DNA from: Bacteroidales bacterium
GTDB lineage: Bacteria > Bacteroidota > Bacteroidia > Bacteroidales > ML635J-15
Reading direction: 5' to 3'
Length of the DNA stretch: 63,009 bases
NCBI GenBank assembly: GCA_049975305.1
Contig: JBNGDT010000002.1
Coordinates: 1-63,009 of the forward strand
Within the stretch, counting starts at the first letter, position 1. Every line of letters begins with the position of its first letter. Below are positions 44,427 through 54,874 of this stretch, in pieces. Below the pieces are notes generated by a model that was given only the letters and a program-made list of their open reading frames with translations, was not told the origin of the DNA and searched no databases. Made by a program: the position numbers and the translations under genes.

Positions 44427-46805
44427 ATGTTTATGAAGAGATCATTTAGACAGATTATTTTTACTGTTTGGTTGTTAATCCTCTTTCAAATCGCTTTTTC
44501 ACAGGTAGGTGTGGGGCAATGGAGAGATCATTTGTCATATAATGAAGGAATATGCGTAGCAGAAAGCAGCGATAAAATCTTTTTTGCTACCAATGAAGCC
44601 ATATTTTCTTATCACAAAAGTAATGGGGAACTTGAAAAACTAAATAAAGTCACTGCTTTGTCGGATATTGGGATTGGTTACATCGCATACAGCGAAACCT
44701 TTGATGTCCTGCTCATTGGCTATCACAACGGGAATCTTGATTTTTTACACAAGAATACTATCACAAACCTGTCTGATATCAAACGGAAAAATATCCCTGC
44801 CGCCAAAACCATCAATCATATCCTTTTTGTGAATGATTATGCCGTGCTATCTACCGGTTTTGGTATTGTGATGCTGGATATGCAAAGGCGGGAAATCAAA
44901 TACACGTATTATATTGGCGATATGGGAAGTTACCTGAAAGTGTATCAAACTGAATTTGACGGAGAATATCTGTATGCAGCCACAGAAAATGGTGTGTATC
45001 GCGGGGATTTTTATAACAATAACCTCGAAGATTACAACAATTGGGAAGTCATTACAAACATGTCGGTGGGAGACCCTTTTTATCACCTTACCAATCAGCA
45101 TTACAACACATTGGAATATTTTGATGGCAAAATCATCGTAAACAGACATGTACCTGATATAAATTATGCCGACAGGCTTTATGTGTATGAAAATGAAACA
45201 TGGAGTTATTTCCCTGACAGCCTGACAAATGCCTGCAAATACATCACCAATAATGGCGAATATTTAATCCTGAACAGAGCTTACAAAATTCTATTTTACA
45301 ATAAGGATTTTGACATAGTACGTGATGTGTATCAATATTCTGTATATGGTACTGATAATCCATCGCCTCAACCCGTGCATTTTTTGCCTGGAAAAGATGA
45401 CAAATATGAACTAATCATTGCAGATAAAAATGAGGGATTGTGTTTGCAGGAAGGAACATGGAAACATCAATTAATAACTCTCAATGGCCCTGTTTCTTCA
45501 GAAGGTTTTGCTGTTGATGCCGAGGGTTCTACGGTATATACAGTTGGCGGAGGACGTAATAAAGCATGGGGTGGTAGGTATAAGCGTTTGGAAATCAATA
45601 TGTTTAAGAATGAAACATGGCAGGGATTAACCGATGATCAGGATGAGTCTCTTGAAAGCTTACTGGATCCTATTGTTGTGGCGATAAATCCACAGAACAC
45701 AAGCCAGGCTTTTGTCGGATTGTGGGGAAAAGGGGTGCTTGAGCTAAAAAACAATGAGCTTGTTAAACATTATACAGATAGCAATTCTACACTTACCCAA
45801 ATTCCCAATGTAGGGTATATACGTATCGGGGGGCTTGCATTTGATCGTGATCAAAATCTTTGGGTTGTGAATTCCGGTGGAACTGACCCCGTACATGTCA
45901 GAACGCCGGACGGAGAATGGACGGCCCTCAGTTATAACAATCAAATCAACGCTTTTGACCTCGGCAAAATTATAGTCACGGAGAATAATCATAAGTGGAT
46001 GATCCTCGGTAGGGGTAATGGTCTTTTTGTTTTTGATGATAACGGTACACCTGCTGATATGAGTGATGACAGGACTAAAAAATTATCGGTAACGGATGAA
46101 TATGGGGAAATCATTTCCAATGATGTGTATGATATTGCTGAAGATAAAGATGGAGCAATATGGCTGGGAACCAGCAAAGGGGTAGTTGTGTATTATAACC
46201 CTGAATCTGTGTTTGATGAAAACATCGCTGCTTCCCAGGTACTGATCCCACGCAATGACGGGACAGACAATGCAGACATTTTACTCGGAGCACAAACGGT
46301 AACTGCTGTTTGTGTGGATGGGGCTAATAAAAAATGGTTCGGAACTCAGGATGGAGGTGTTTATAAAACCTCTGCTGACGGCATTACACAAATTCATAGC
46401 TTCAATGAAAATAATAGCCCCTTATTTTCGAATAACATCCTCAGCATAGACATCGTGCCTGAATCAGGGGAGGTTTTTATTATGACTAGCGAAGGATTGA
46501 TTTCGTATCGTGGCGAAGCCAGTGAGCCAAAAGAAAATTTTGACAATGTTTATGCTTTCCCGAATCCTGTCAGACCTGAATATAACGGCCCGATTACCAT
46601 ACATGGATTGGTAGCCGGCTCCATCGTGAAAATTACAGATGTGGCCGGGAATTTAGTGTATGAAACCCGCTCTGAAGGAGGTCAGGCTCTCTGGGAAGGA
46701 ACTGACCTGAACGGAAACCGTGTACATACCGGAGTTTATCTTGTTTTTTCTGCCAATGAAGATGGCACTAAATCCAACGTTACTAAGATACTGTTTATCA
46801 ATTAA
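44427..46805 (+). CDS. porZ: PorZ-like T9SS component: double beta-propeller (two-component-regulator propeller repeats) with T9SS CTD
   Basis: Signal peptide, then the GQWRDHLSY start typical of PorZ homologues. Repeated propeller segments (KWFGTQDGGVYK, GAIWLGTSKGVVVY, NLWVVNSGG). C-terminal CTD (AFPNPVRPEY...GVYLVFSANEDGTKSNVTKILFIN). The size (792 aa) fits. The PorZ assignment is from memory of the family, not a search. Confidence 0.55.
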   Translation: MFMKRSFRQIIFTVWLLILFQIAFSQVGVGQWRDHLSYNEGICVAESSDKIFFATNEAIFSYHKSNGELEKLNKVTALSDIGIGYIAYSETFDVLLIGYHNGNLDFLHKNTITNLSDIKRKNIPAAKTINHILFVNDYAVLSTGFGIVMLDMQRREIKYTYYIGDMGSYLKVYQTEFDGEYLYAATENGVYRGDFYNNNLEDYNNWEVITNMSVGDPFYHLTNQHYNTLEYFDGKIIVNRHVPDINYADRLYVYENETWSYFPDSLTNACKYITNNGEYLILNRAYKILFYNKDFDIVRDVYQYSVYGTDNPSPQPVHFLPGKDDKYELIIADKNEGLCLQEGTWKHQLITLNGPVSSEGFAVDAEGSTVYTVGGGRNKAWGGRYKRLEINMFKNETWQGLTDDQDESLESLLDPIVVAINPQNTSQAFVGLWGKGVLELKNNELVKHYTDSNSTLTQIPNVGYIRIGGLAFDRDQNLWVVNSGGTDPVHVRTPDGEWTALSYNNQINAFDLGKIIVTENNHKWMILGRGNGLFVFDDNGTPADMSDDRTKKLSVTDEYGEIISNDVYDIAEDKDGAIWLGTSKGVVVYYNPESVFDENIAASQVLIPRNDGTDNADILLGAQTVTAVCVDGANKKWFGTQDGGVYKTSADGITQIHSFNENNSPLFSNNILSIDIVPESGEVFIMTSEGLISYRGEASEPKENFDNVYAFPNPVRPEYNGPITIHGLVAGSIVKITDVAGNLVYETRSEGGQALWEGTDLNGNRVHTGVYLVFSANEDGTKSNVTKILFIN

Positions 46806-46918
46806 GGCCAATTCTGCCTTCCGCCGTTGATCTCCGTACCTCCAACTGTTTGCCCACTTTAATTTCAACATCATGTCAATTTTACTATTTTTGCTGGTAA
46901 ATTCTAATAATAAACTCT

Positions 46919-48676
46919 ATGTACAGAACACACAATTGCGGCGAATTACGCATTGAGGACAAGGGGAAAAACGTTACGATTAGCGGATGGGTACAACGCA
47001 AACGCGACAAAGGCGGTATGATTTGGATAGATGTGCGTGACCGTTACGGCCTGACACAACTTGCATTTGATAAGAGCAAAACAGACAAAAACATACTCAA
47101 CACTGTGGAAAAATGTGGCCGGGAATATGTGATAAAAGCCACAGGAAAGGTGGTTGAACGTTACTCCAAAAACGAAAAGATGCCAACCGGCGAGATAGAA
47201 ATATTTCCGGATGCACTGGATATCTTATCTGTTGCCAAAACACCTCCCTTTACCATTGAAGATGAAAGCGACGGCAGCGATGAATTGCGGATGAAATACC
47301 GTTATCTTGATATCCGGCGGAATCCGGTAAAAAAGGCATTGATGTTGCGCCATAACATTGCACGTGAAACCCGTAATTATTTAGACAAAAACGGCTTCCT
47401 CGAAATTGAAACACCCAACCTGATAAAATCCACACCCGAAGGAGCACGTGATTTTGTAGTGCCATCACGCATGCATCCGGGTACATTTTATGCCTTGCCA
47501 CAATCACCGCAAACATTCAAACAATTGCTCATGATTGGAGGGATAGATAAATATTTTCAATTGGTAAAATGTTATCGCGATGAAGACCTGCGTGCCGACC
47601 GCCAGCCTGAATTTTCACAGATTGATTGTGAGATGTCTTTTGTGGACAAAGAGGACATCATGACACAATTTGAAGCCCTTATGCAACATCTTTTCAAATC
47701 GGTTTTGAATGTAGAAATTCATACACCTTTCACTCGAATGAATTGGCATAATGCCATTGAAAAATATGGTACCGACAAGCCTGACCTCCGTTTTGGTATG
47801 GAAATACAGGAAATATCAAGGCTTGCTCAGAATAAAGGATTTAAAGTGTTTGATTCAGTGGAATATGTGGGCGGGATATGTGCTGAAAAATGCGCTTCAT
47901 ACTCACGTATACAATTGGATGAGCTCACAAAATTTGTTCAGCAGCCACAGGTTGGTGCCAAAGGTCTGGTGTATGTCAAATACAATGAAGATGGCAGTTT
48001 TAAATCATCGGTTGACAAGTTTTTTAACCAGGCAGACCTGAAAATCTGGGCAAAAGCTTTTGAGGCCGAACCAGGAGACCTGATGTTAATTTTAGCCGGA
48101 AAAAAGCAGGAAACGCTGGAACAATTATCAGTATTGCGGCTTGAAATGGGCAATCGTCTCAATTTACGCACACCGGGCAAGTATGTACCATTATGGGTGA
48201 TAGATTTTCCCTTGCTCAAATGGGATGATGAAACAAACCGGTATTACGCCATGCATCATCCGTTTACATCTGCAAAAGCAGAAGATATTAAATTAATGGA
48301 TGTAGATCCCGGAAAAGTGCGTGCCAATGCTTATGATATGGTAATCAACGGAGTGGAGCTTGGTGGTGGGTCAATCAGGATTCACAATGCGGACGAGCAA
48401 AAACGTATGTTCAAACTGCTTGGTTTTACAGAGGAAGCAGCCAGGGCACAATTCGGATTTTTGCTCGATGCATTCCAGTATGGTGTGCCTCCCCACGGTG
48501 GCATTGCTTTTGGATTTGACCGCATCTGTGCACTGTTTGGCGGCAACGACAGCATCCGTGATTACATTGCTTTCCCAAAAAACAACGCCGGACGGGATAT
48601 CATGATTAATGCACCAGCCCGGATATCTGAAGAACAGCTTAAAGAGCTAAAATTAAAGATTGTTGATAAAATATAA
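46919..48676 (+). CDS. aspS: Aspartate--tRNA ligase
   Basis: OB-fold N-terminus ([22 protein letters not shown]). Class II motifs [26 protein letters not shown] and GFDR. Confidence 0.95.
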   Translation: MYRTHNCGELRIEDKGKNVTISGWVQRKRDKGGMIWIDVRDRYGLTQLAFDKSKTDKNILNTVEKCGREYVIKATGKVVERYSKNEKMPTGEIEIFPDALDILSVAKTPPFTIEDESDGSDELRMKYRYLDIRRNPVKKALMLRHNIARETRNYLDKNGFLEIETPNLIKSTPEGARDFVVPSRMHPGTFYALPQSPQTFKQLLMIGGIDKYFQLVKCYRDEDLRADRQPEFSQIDCEMSFVDKEDIMTQFEALMQHLFKSVLNVEIHTPFTRMNWHNAIEKYGTDKPDLRFGMEIQEISRLAQNKGFKVFDSVEYVGGICAEKCASYSRIQLDELTKFVQQPQVGAKGLVYVKYNEDGSFKSSVDKFFNQADLKIWAKAFEAEPGDLMLILAGKKQETLEQLSVLRLEMGNRLNLRTPGKYVPLWVIDFPLLKWDDETNRYYAMHHPFTSAKAEDIKLMDVDPGKVRANAYDMVINGVELGGGSIRIHNADEQKRMFKLLGFTEEAARAQFGFLLDAFQYGVPPHGGIAFGFDRICALFGGNDSIRDYIAFPKNNAGRDIMINAPARISEEQLKELKLKIVDKI

Positions 48677-48677
48677 T

Positions 48678-50867
48678 TTATTCCACAATATCCAGTTCTT
48701 TAATGATATTGTCAGCACCTCCGATTTTTTCAATAACCCACAACACATAACGTGCATCCACGTTGATAGTACGCTGCAATTCGGGATTGTAAATAAGGTT
48801 GCCGCACAACCATTCCCAGTTGCCGTCAAATGCCAGGCCCACAAGCTCACCATTTCCGTTTATTACAGGACTTCCGGAATTTCCACCTGTGATATCATTG
48901 TCGGTGATAAAACAAACAGGTAAATTTCCTGTGTGGTCAGCATAACGCCCATAATCTTTGGCTTTGTATAATTCAATCAATTTTACAGGTACCTGGAATT
49001 CTTCATCATTGGGGTCATGCTTTTCAATGACGCCGTCAATATAGGTAATTTCTTTATAATGCACTGCATCAGCAGGATCATAGCTTTGAACAGTACCATA
49101 AGTCAGCCTTAAGGTTGAATTGGCGTTCGGATAGAATATTTTATCGGGCTGGAATTCACGTAAACCATGAATGAATTTACGCTCATTAACATTGATTTTA
49201 TTCATAAGGCTTAAGTAAGTCATTTGTGGCCCTATAATAGAACTCATCAATCTTTCATTAAAAATAACCAGCGGGTCTTTTTTCAGTGTTTTGTATTTGG
49301 GCTTTTCAAAAAATTCCATGATACGTTCTTTGCTTGTAAATATGGAGTTTTCAAACACATCTTCTACAAATTCATCAATAGAGCCTTCAATGTTATCTGC
49401 TTTGTATTCATCAGGTAAATAAGCTGTGAAAAAGTCAATTTGCCTGTCAGTATCAATGTAATTAACATAGGCTTTCAAAAGATCCCGCAGTATTTCTTTA
49501 TCCACCTCCGGGTGATAATTTTCATAATGGTCATCCAGTTTGCTTTCTAAGCGTTCTATGGTACTTCTTATCTTATCTTCATTTTCTTTTTTGTTTTCCA
49601 ACAGTTTTTCCAGGGATTTATATTGCTGGATATACATGATTTTGTCGCTTGATTGAAGCAAACCTAGTGAACCAGCCAGCAGTTCTTCTGTCACAGGTTC
49701 TAAATCACTGTACAAGTCTTTCAGGTTGGGAAGAATATCACTATATTTGGCTTTCCTAGTTTTGTCAGCGTTTACCCATGTTTTAAATTCCTGCTGCAAT
49801 TGTTCACGGCGTTGAATAGCTTCGGTCTGTTTCAGGTTCAGAGCTTCTCCTTTGAACATTTTATGGGCATTTGCCAGTGAAGCGTATTCGTCAGCCAGTT
49901 CCAATTTAAGTTCTTCATCTTTATCCATGAATTTTTTCATAACAGCCAGCTTTGTTCCAAGCATCTCAACCGCTATCGGGTCAAAAGAATTCATTTTGTA
50001 TTCCATACCGTATGAAGGGAAATAACGTTCTGTTTGTCCGGGGAACCCCATAATCATGGTAAAATCGCCCTCTTTAAAACCTTTGATTGAAACGGGCAAA
50101 TGGTACAGAGGTTTATACGGCACATTGTCTTCCTTGTATTCATCTGTAGGATTGCCATCTTTATCCATGTAAACACGGAAAATGGAAAAATCTCCGGTAT
50201 GGCGTGGCCACATCCAGTTATCGGTGTCGCCGCCAAATTTGCCTATGGACGAAGACGGTGCTGCCACAAAACGCACGTCTCCAAATTCCTCATAAACAAA
50301 CAAATAATATTCTCCTCCCTTGTACATTTCTTTAACCTTGGCAGAATAATGATTATCTGCCTCTGCTTTGTCTTCGATTTCTGAAATGCGTTTATTGATA
50401 AGTTTATCCCGTTCACTTTGCTTGGTATCAAAGCTAATATCTTTCAACACCTCTTCAGTAACATCATCAATTCTGACAACCCTGGTTACACTTATGCCAG
50501 GCACAGGTATTTCTTCATCCAAGCTTTTCGACCAGTATCCATCGTCAAGGTAATTGGTTTCTGTGGATGATAAATTGGCAATGGCTTCGTAACCACAGTG
50601 ATGATTGGTAAACAAAAGGCCTTTGTCAGAAACCATTTCTCCGGTACAAAAACCCTGTCCACCTTCGCCTACAAGTTGGAATATAGCATCTTTAATGCTT
50701 GAATTGTTGATACTGTAGATTTCTTCAGGACTGAGTTTCAAGCCCAGTTTCTGCATGTCTGTATAATTCATTTTACTGATGTGGCCTGGTATCCACATGC
50801 CTTCGTCTGCCTTTGCAAAAGTGATAAAGGCAAATAAAATTGCTAAGAGTACACTAAATTTTTTCAT
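48678..50867 (-). CDS. S46-family dipeptidyl-peptidase (DPP7/DPP11-like)
   Basis: Signal peptide followed by DEGMWIP. His context FTNHHCG. Serine motif TGGNSGSPVIN. Confidence 0.85.
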   Translation of the reverse strand: MKKFSVLLAILFAFITFAKADEGMWIPGHISKMNYTDMQKLGLKLSPEEIYSINNSSIKDAIFQLVGEGGQGFCTGEMVSDKGLLFTNHHCGYEAIANLSSTETNYLDDGYWSKSLDEEIPVPGISVTRVVRIDDVTEEVLKDISFDTKQSERDKLINKRISEIEDKAEADNHYSAKVKEMYKGGEYYLFVYEEFGDVRFVAAPSSSIGKFGGDTDNWMWPRHTGDFSIFRVYMDKDGNPTDEYKEDNVPYKPLYHLPVSIKGFKEGDFTMIMGFPGQTERYFPSYGMEYKMNSFDPIAVEMLGTKLAVMKKFMDKDEELKLELADEYASLANAHKMFKGEALNLKQTEAIQRREQLQQEFKTWVNADKTRKAKYSDILPNLKDLYSDLEPVTEELLAGSLGLLQSSDKIMYIQQYKSLEKLLENKKENEDKIRSTIERLESKLDDHYENYHPEVDKEILRDLLKAYVNYIDTDRQIDFFTAYLPDEYKADNIEGSIDEFVEDVFENSIFTSKERIMEFFEKPKYKTLKKDPLVIFNERLMSSIIGPQMTYLSLMNKINVNERKFIHGLREFQPDKIFYPNANSTLRLTYGTVQSYDPADAVHYKEITYIDGVIEKHDPNDEEFQVPVKLIELYKAKDYGRYADHTGNLPVCFITDNDITGGNSGSPVINGNGELVGLAFDGNWEWLCGNLIYNPELQRTINVDARYVLWVIEKIGGADNIIKELDIVE

Positions 50868-51103
50868 ACTTTTTACTTTTTTACTTTTATTATTGGTTGC
50901 GTTTAAAATGTTCTTAAAAATATTTATTTTTATTACACGTTGATGTTTTTAATCTTAATAATAATTTAAGTACCCAGTATTAGTTTTTAAATTCCACATT
51001 ATCTGTCTTTTAATTCATTCCCACATTGACATTAAAAACCTAATCAGAACCTTTTATAAATGTATTTGCCAAACAATTCCCCAAATGAAACAACCAAACC
51101 CCT

Positions 51104-53887
51104 TTATTTTACCACCACATTGATGATTTTACTAGGCACAAAAATAAATTTTATCAATTGTTTGCCTTCAATCCACTTTTGGGCTTTTGGATGATTCATC
51201 ACCGCTTCCTGTATATCCTCTTTTTTCATATCGTTGGGTACGTCAAGCTTAAAACGCATTTTTCCGTTGAACGATACCGGGTATTCAAAACTGTTTTCAA
51301 CCAACAGTGAAGTGTCAAATGCAGGAAATTCAGCATCCACTACTGAGCCGTCATTACCCAACAAATGCCACAGTTCTTCTGCAATATGCGGAGCAAACGG
51401 GGCAATCAGTATTATCATAGGTTCAAGTATTTCTCGCTGGTTGGCTTTTAATTCTGCCAGCTGACTGGTGGTAATCATCAATGTGGAAATACAGGTATTG
51501 AAAGAAAAGCGCTCAATGTCTTCACCCAACTTTTTTATGCAGGCGTGCAGGATTTTTTTGGATTTTTCATCTGCTTTTTCATCCGAAACAGAAAACCGGT
51601 TGTCACGGTGAAAAAGCCGCCAGAATTTTTTGACAAACCGAAATACACCTTCAATGCCATTGGTATCCCATGGCTTATGGGCTTCAATCGGACCAAGAAA
51701 CATCTCATACATACGGAGAGTATCAGCGCCATACTGCTCCACCAGGTCATCCGGATTTTGAACGTTGTACTTTGATTTGGACATTTTTTCCACTTCCCAG
51801 CCGCAAATATAATTGCCGTTTTCCAGCACAAATTCTGCATCCACGGCATCATGGCGCCATTTTTTAAACGCTTCAACATCAAGGATGTCATTGTCAACAA
51901 TGTTGACATCCACATGTTGCTTAATTGTATCGTATTGATTTCTAAGTCCGTAGCTGACAAATTTATTGTCATTTTTCACCTTATAGACAAAGTTCGAACG
52001 GCCTTGTATCATGCCTTGGTTTATCAGCTTCCTGAATGGTTCTTCTTTGACAGACAAACCAATGTCATAGAGAAATTTGTTCCAAAATCGGGCATAAATA
52101 AGGTGCCCTGTAGCATGTTCGGCCCCGCCGACATACAAGTCCACATCCTGCCAGTAATTGACCGCATCCTCTGAAAAATACCGTTCATCATTGTGTGGGT
52201 CCATGTACCGGAGATAATATCCGCTTGATCCGGCAAAGCCGGGCATGGTATTGGTCTCCAGTGGATACCCTTCTTCCGTTTTCCAGTTTTCAGCTCTTGC
52301 CAGTGGTGGCTGACCGTCTTCAGTAGGTTGATATTTGTCAACTTCAGGCAAATTCAGCGGTAAGTTATCTTCAGACAAGGTATGTGGAATCCCATCTTTG
52401 TAATACACAGGGAAAGGTTCTCCCCAATACCGCTGACGACTGAAAATGGCATCACGCAGCTTATAATTTACCTGGACATGGCCTATATTTTGTGCTTCAA
52501 TATAGTCAATCACTTTCCGGATGGCATCTTTTACTTTCAGCCCGTTAATGAAATCTGAATTGATGATGGTTCCCTTGGTTGAATCCTTGCTGTCTTCCCA
52601 ATCATCCGTATTGCCTAATTGTTCTCCCTCTGGCACAACCACCTGGATAATGGGGATATCAAAGTGCCTGGCGAATTTAAAATCGCGGCTGTCATGTGCA
52701 GGCACAGCCATGATTGCACCGGTGCCATAGCCTGAAAGCACATAATCGGCTATCCAGATGGGGATTTTTTTGCCATTCATCGGATTGACGCCATAAGCAC
52801 CTGTAAAAACACCGCTTATTTCCTTGGGCTCAGCTTGTCGTTCACGCTCTGATCGTTTTTTTACCTTTTCGATGTAAGCATTTACTTTTTGTTTTTTTTC
52901 ATCTGTGGTAATTTTATCAACCAATTTGTGCTCCGGTGCCAGCACCATGAAAGTTGCACCCCAGAGTGTATCCGGTCGTGTGGTAAACACTTCGATTTTT
53001 TCATCGTGTCCTTCAATACAAAAATACACGGATGCCCCCACAGATTTGCCTATCCAGTTTTTTTGCATTTCCTTCAGCGAATCACTCCAGTCGATGGTTT
53101 CCAGTCCGTTCAGTAAACGCTCAGCATAAGCTGTGATGCGCAACGACCACTGTTGCATGCGTTTTCTTTCAACAGGATGACCACCACGCTCCGAAAAACC
53201 GTCTTTCACCTCATCATTGGCGAGCACAGTGCCAAGTGCAGGACACCAATTTACCATGGTTTGGGAAAGGTAAGCCAAGCGATAATGCATGAGTATGTCT
53301 GATTGCTGTTTTTTTGACATCTGTTTCCATGCTTCAGCGCTAAACGGTTCGTGTTCATCATGGGCAGCATCAACAGCTTCACTGCCTTGTTTTTCAAAGC
53401 TGTCAATAAGTATTTTGATGGGCCGTGCTTTCTGCTGAGATTGATCGTACCAGTGATGAAACAACTGTATAAACGTCCATTGTGTCCATTTGTAGTACTT
53501 AGGGTCGCAGGTACGAACCTCACGTGACCAGTCAAAGCTGAAACCAAGTTGGTCAAGCTGGCTGCGGTAACGTTTGATGTTTTTTTCAGTGGTTATTGCA
53601 GGATGCGTTCCCGTTTGTATGGCATATTGTTCGGCAGGCAATCCATAAGCATCAAACCCCATGGGGTGCAACACATTAAACCCTTTCAGCCGTTTATAGC
53701 GGGCATAAATGTCGGAAGCAATGTAACCCAGCGGGTGGCCAACATGTAAACCGGCCCCCGATGGATAAGGAAACATATCAAGCACGTAATATTTGGGCTT
53801 GCTGCAGTCTTCTGTTACTTCATAAACCTGGTTTTCCTGCCAGATTATCTGCCATTTTTTTTCAATTTCTGTGAAATTGTATTCCAT
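51104..53887 (-). CDS. leuS: Leucine--tRNA ligase
   Basis: HIGH-type motif [15 protein letters not shown] motif [10 protein letters not shown], and large CP1 editing domain content. 927 aa. Confidence 0.95.
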   Translation of the reverse strand: MEYNFTEIEKKWQIIWQENQVYEVTEDCSKPKYYVLDMFPYPSGAGLHVGHPLGYIASDIYARYKRLKGFNVLHPMGFDAYGLPAEQYAIQTGTHPAITTEKNIKRYRSQLDQLGFSFDWSREVRTCDPKYYKWTQWTFIQLFHHWYDQSQQKARPIKILIDSFEKQGSEAVDAAHDEHEPFSAEAWKQMSKKQQSDILMHYRLAYLSQTMVNWCPALGTVLANDEVKDGFSERGGHPVERKRMQQWSLRITAYAERLLNGLETIDWSDSLKEMQKNWIGKSVGASVYFCIEGHDEKIEVFTTRPDTLWGATFMVLAPEHKLVDKITTDEKKQKVNAYIEKVKKRSERERQAEPKEISGVFTGAYGVNPMNGKKIPIWIADYVLSGYGTGAIMAVPAHDSRDFKFARHFDIPIIQVVVPEGEQLGNTDDWEDSKDSTKGTIINSDFINGLKVKDAIRKVIDYIEAQNIGHVQVNYKLRDAIFSRQRYWGEPFPVYYKDGIPHTLSEDNLPLNLPEVDKYQPTEDGQPPLARAENWKTEEGYPLETNTMPGFAGSSGYYLRYMDPHNDERYFSEDAVNYWQDVDLYVGGAEHATGHLIYARFWNKFLYDIGLSVKEEPFRKLINQGMIQGRSNFVYKVKNDNKFVSYGLRNQYDTIKQHVDVNIVDNDILDVEAFKKWRHDAVDAEFVLENGNYICGWEVEKMSKSKYNVQNPDDLVEQYGADTLRMYEMFLGPIEAHKPWDTNGIEGVFRFVKKFWRLFHRDNRFSVSDEKADEKSKKILHACIKKLGEDIERFSFNTCISTLMITTSQLAELKANQREILEPMIILIAPFAPHIAEELWHLLGNDGSVVDAEFPAFDTSLLVENSFEYPVSFNGKMRFKLDVPNDMKKEDIQEAVMNHPKAQKWIEGKQLIKFIFVPSKIINVVVK

Positions 53888-54160
53888 AATAGTGTGTTAT
53901 TCTGTCTAAGGAAATTTCCGCCTGCGAAAATAGCAATAATTTGGGAAGCCTGAAAAATTACAGCATTGAACCTTCGATTGTCGCTTAGCGAATTAGCGCC
54001 TATATGGACATGGCTAATCACTTAGAAACAATCATTTATAACATCACGAAGCGACAAGCATTGTATTTTTTTGGGCAGCAGGAACATATTGTCTCTGGCT
54101 CCGCCTGCTATCTGCTGCACTGCCTTGTTTTTTTTGCCTTGCTGTGGGCAGGAGTTTCCC

Positions 54161-54233
54161 CGTCACTCTGCCCTGCAGCGCAAAAAATAACAATGCAGCA
54201 CAGCAGGATATACGGCTCTGCCGGGCTGCGAAA
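54161..54233 (+). repeat. Direct repeat copy A (about 73 nt) inside the non-coding island
   Basis: CGTCACTCTGCCCTGCAGCGCAAAAAATAACAATGCAGCACAGCAGGATATACGGCTCTGCCGGGCTGCGAAA aligns with 54609-54680 at roughly three quarters identity by eye. It is also part of a larger imperfect palindrome with about 54075-54135. Confidence 0.7.
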
Positions 54234-54363
54234 TAAAGTCCTCTAAACACTTTAAAACCTGTGAATAACTTATTGCATTTGCTTTATGAATGAACGATTT
54301 TAAAAATCCGAGTACTGTAAATAATTTATATATATTAATCATATTATTATTCTAAATATTAGC

Positions 54364-54404
54364 CGTTGCTAACGGTTAGTAACCGTTATTAACCGTTAGC
54401 AACG
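54364..54404. promoter_or_regulatory. Palindrome containing three TAAC(C/G)GTTA 9-mers at 10-nt spacing (candidate protein-binding array or orphan hairpin)
   Basis: The sequence is CGTTGCTAACGGTTAGTAACCGTTATTAACCGTTAGCAACG. The outer 12-nt arms (54364-54375 and 54393-54404) are perfect reverse complements. The units at 54370-78, 54380-88 and 54390-98 are each self-complementary around a central C/G. Confidence 0.6.
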
Positions 54405-54608
54405 ATTTTATAACTCATTTACAACTATTTACTATTTAACATAAGATAATTTATTTTGAATTATTTTCATGATTCAACCTATTTCATATCATTACATATA
54501 ATATATTTTCTTTAATTAAGCTGATAACAATAAGCCGCTACATTTGCCAGTAACCAGCTTTGAAAATAGCCACCGTTCTCCAATGTTTCGTCACAGCTTT
54601 TTTTTACC

Positions 54609-54680
54609 TGTCACTCTGCCTGCAACGCAAAAAGACAGCAATCCATGGAAACAGGATATTCAGCGCTGGCGGGCTGCAAC
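54609..54680 (+). repeat. Direct repeat copy B
   Basis: TGTCACTCTGCCTGCAACGCAAAAAGACAGCAATCCATGGAAACAGGATATTCAGCGCTGGCGGGCTGCAAC is homologous to 54161-54233. Confidence 0.7.
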
Positions 54681-54840
54681 AACGCGGAGTTTACATTATT
54701 ATTTGGAAAAATCCTGAATATTATATGCATATCTGCATTGTGATTGCACATTTGCATAATATTTGATTTAATTACCAATAATACCTTAACTAATTCGGAG
54801 AATGTTAATATTTTTTTGTGAATATATAAATTTATTTATG

Positions 54841-54848
54841 TAAATTTG
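54841..54848 (+). promoter_or_regulatory. Candidate -7 promoter box (TAnnTTTG)
   Basis: TAAATTTG lies 27 nt upstream of ATG 54875. Confidence 0.35.
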
Positions 54849-54874
54849 CATTGTAATTGTAATTATACATAAAT

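Noticed and set aside
54004-54250. ORF-track entries 54004..54246 (+, 80 aa) and 54044..54250 (-, 68 aa)
   Set aside because: They overlap each other on opposite strands and lie entirely in the GC-richer palindromic repeat. They translate to low-complexity Ala/Leu/Cys/Gln strings with no motif. Long open frames on both strands are expected from a palindrome, so I treat them as non-coding.
54560-54766. ORF 54560..54766 (+, 68 aa)
   Set aside because: It spans repeat copy B and AT-rich spacer, starts at a non-ATG codon, and has no recognisable motif.
54250-54870. AT-rich region with iteron-like repeats as a possible replication origin
   Set aside because: I could not find DnaA-box-like TTATCCACA/TGTGGATAA sequences here. 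No dnaA, dnaN or rep gene is nearby. The only TGTGGATAA I noticed (about 22790) is inside purN.
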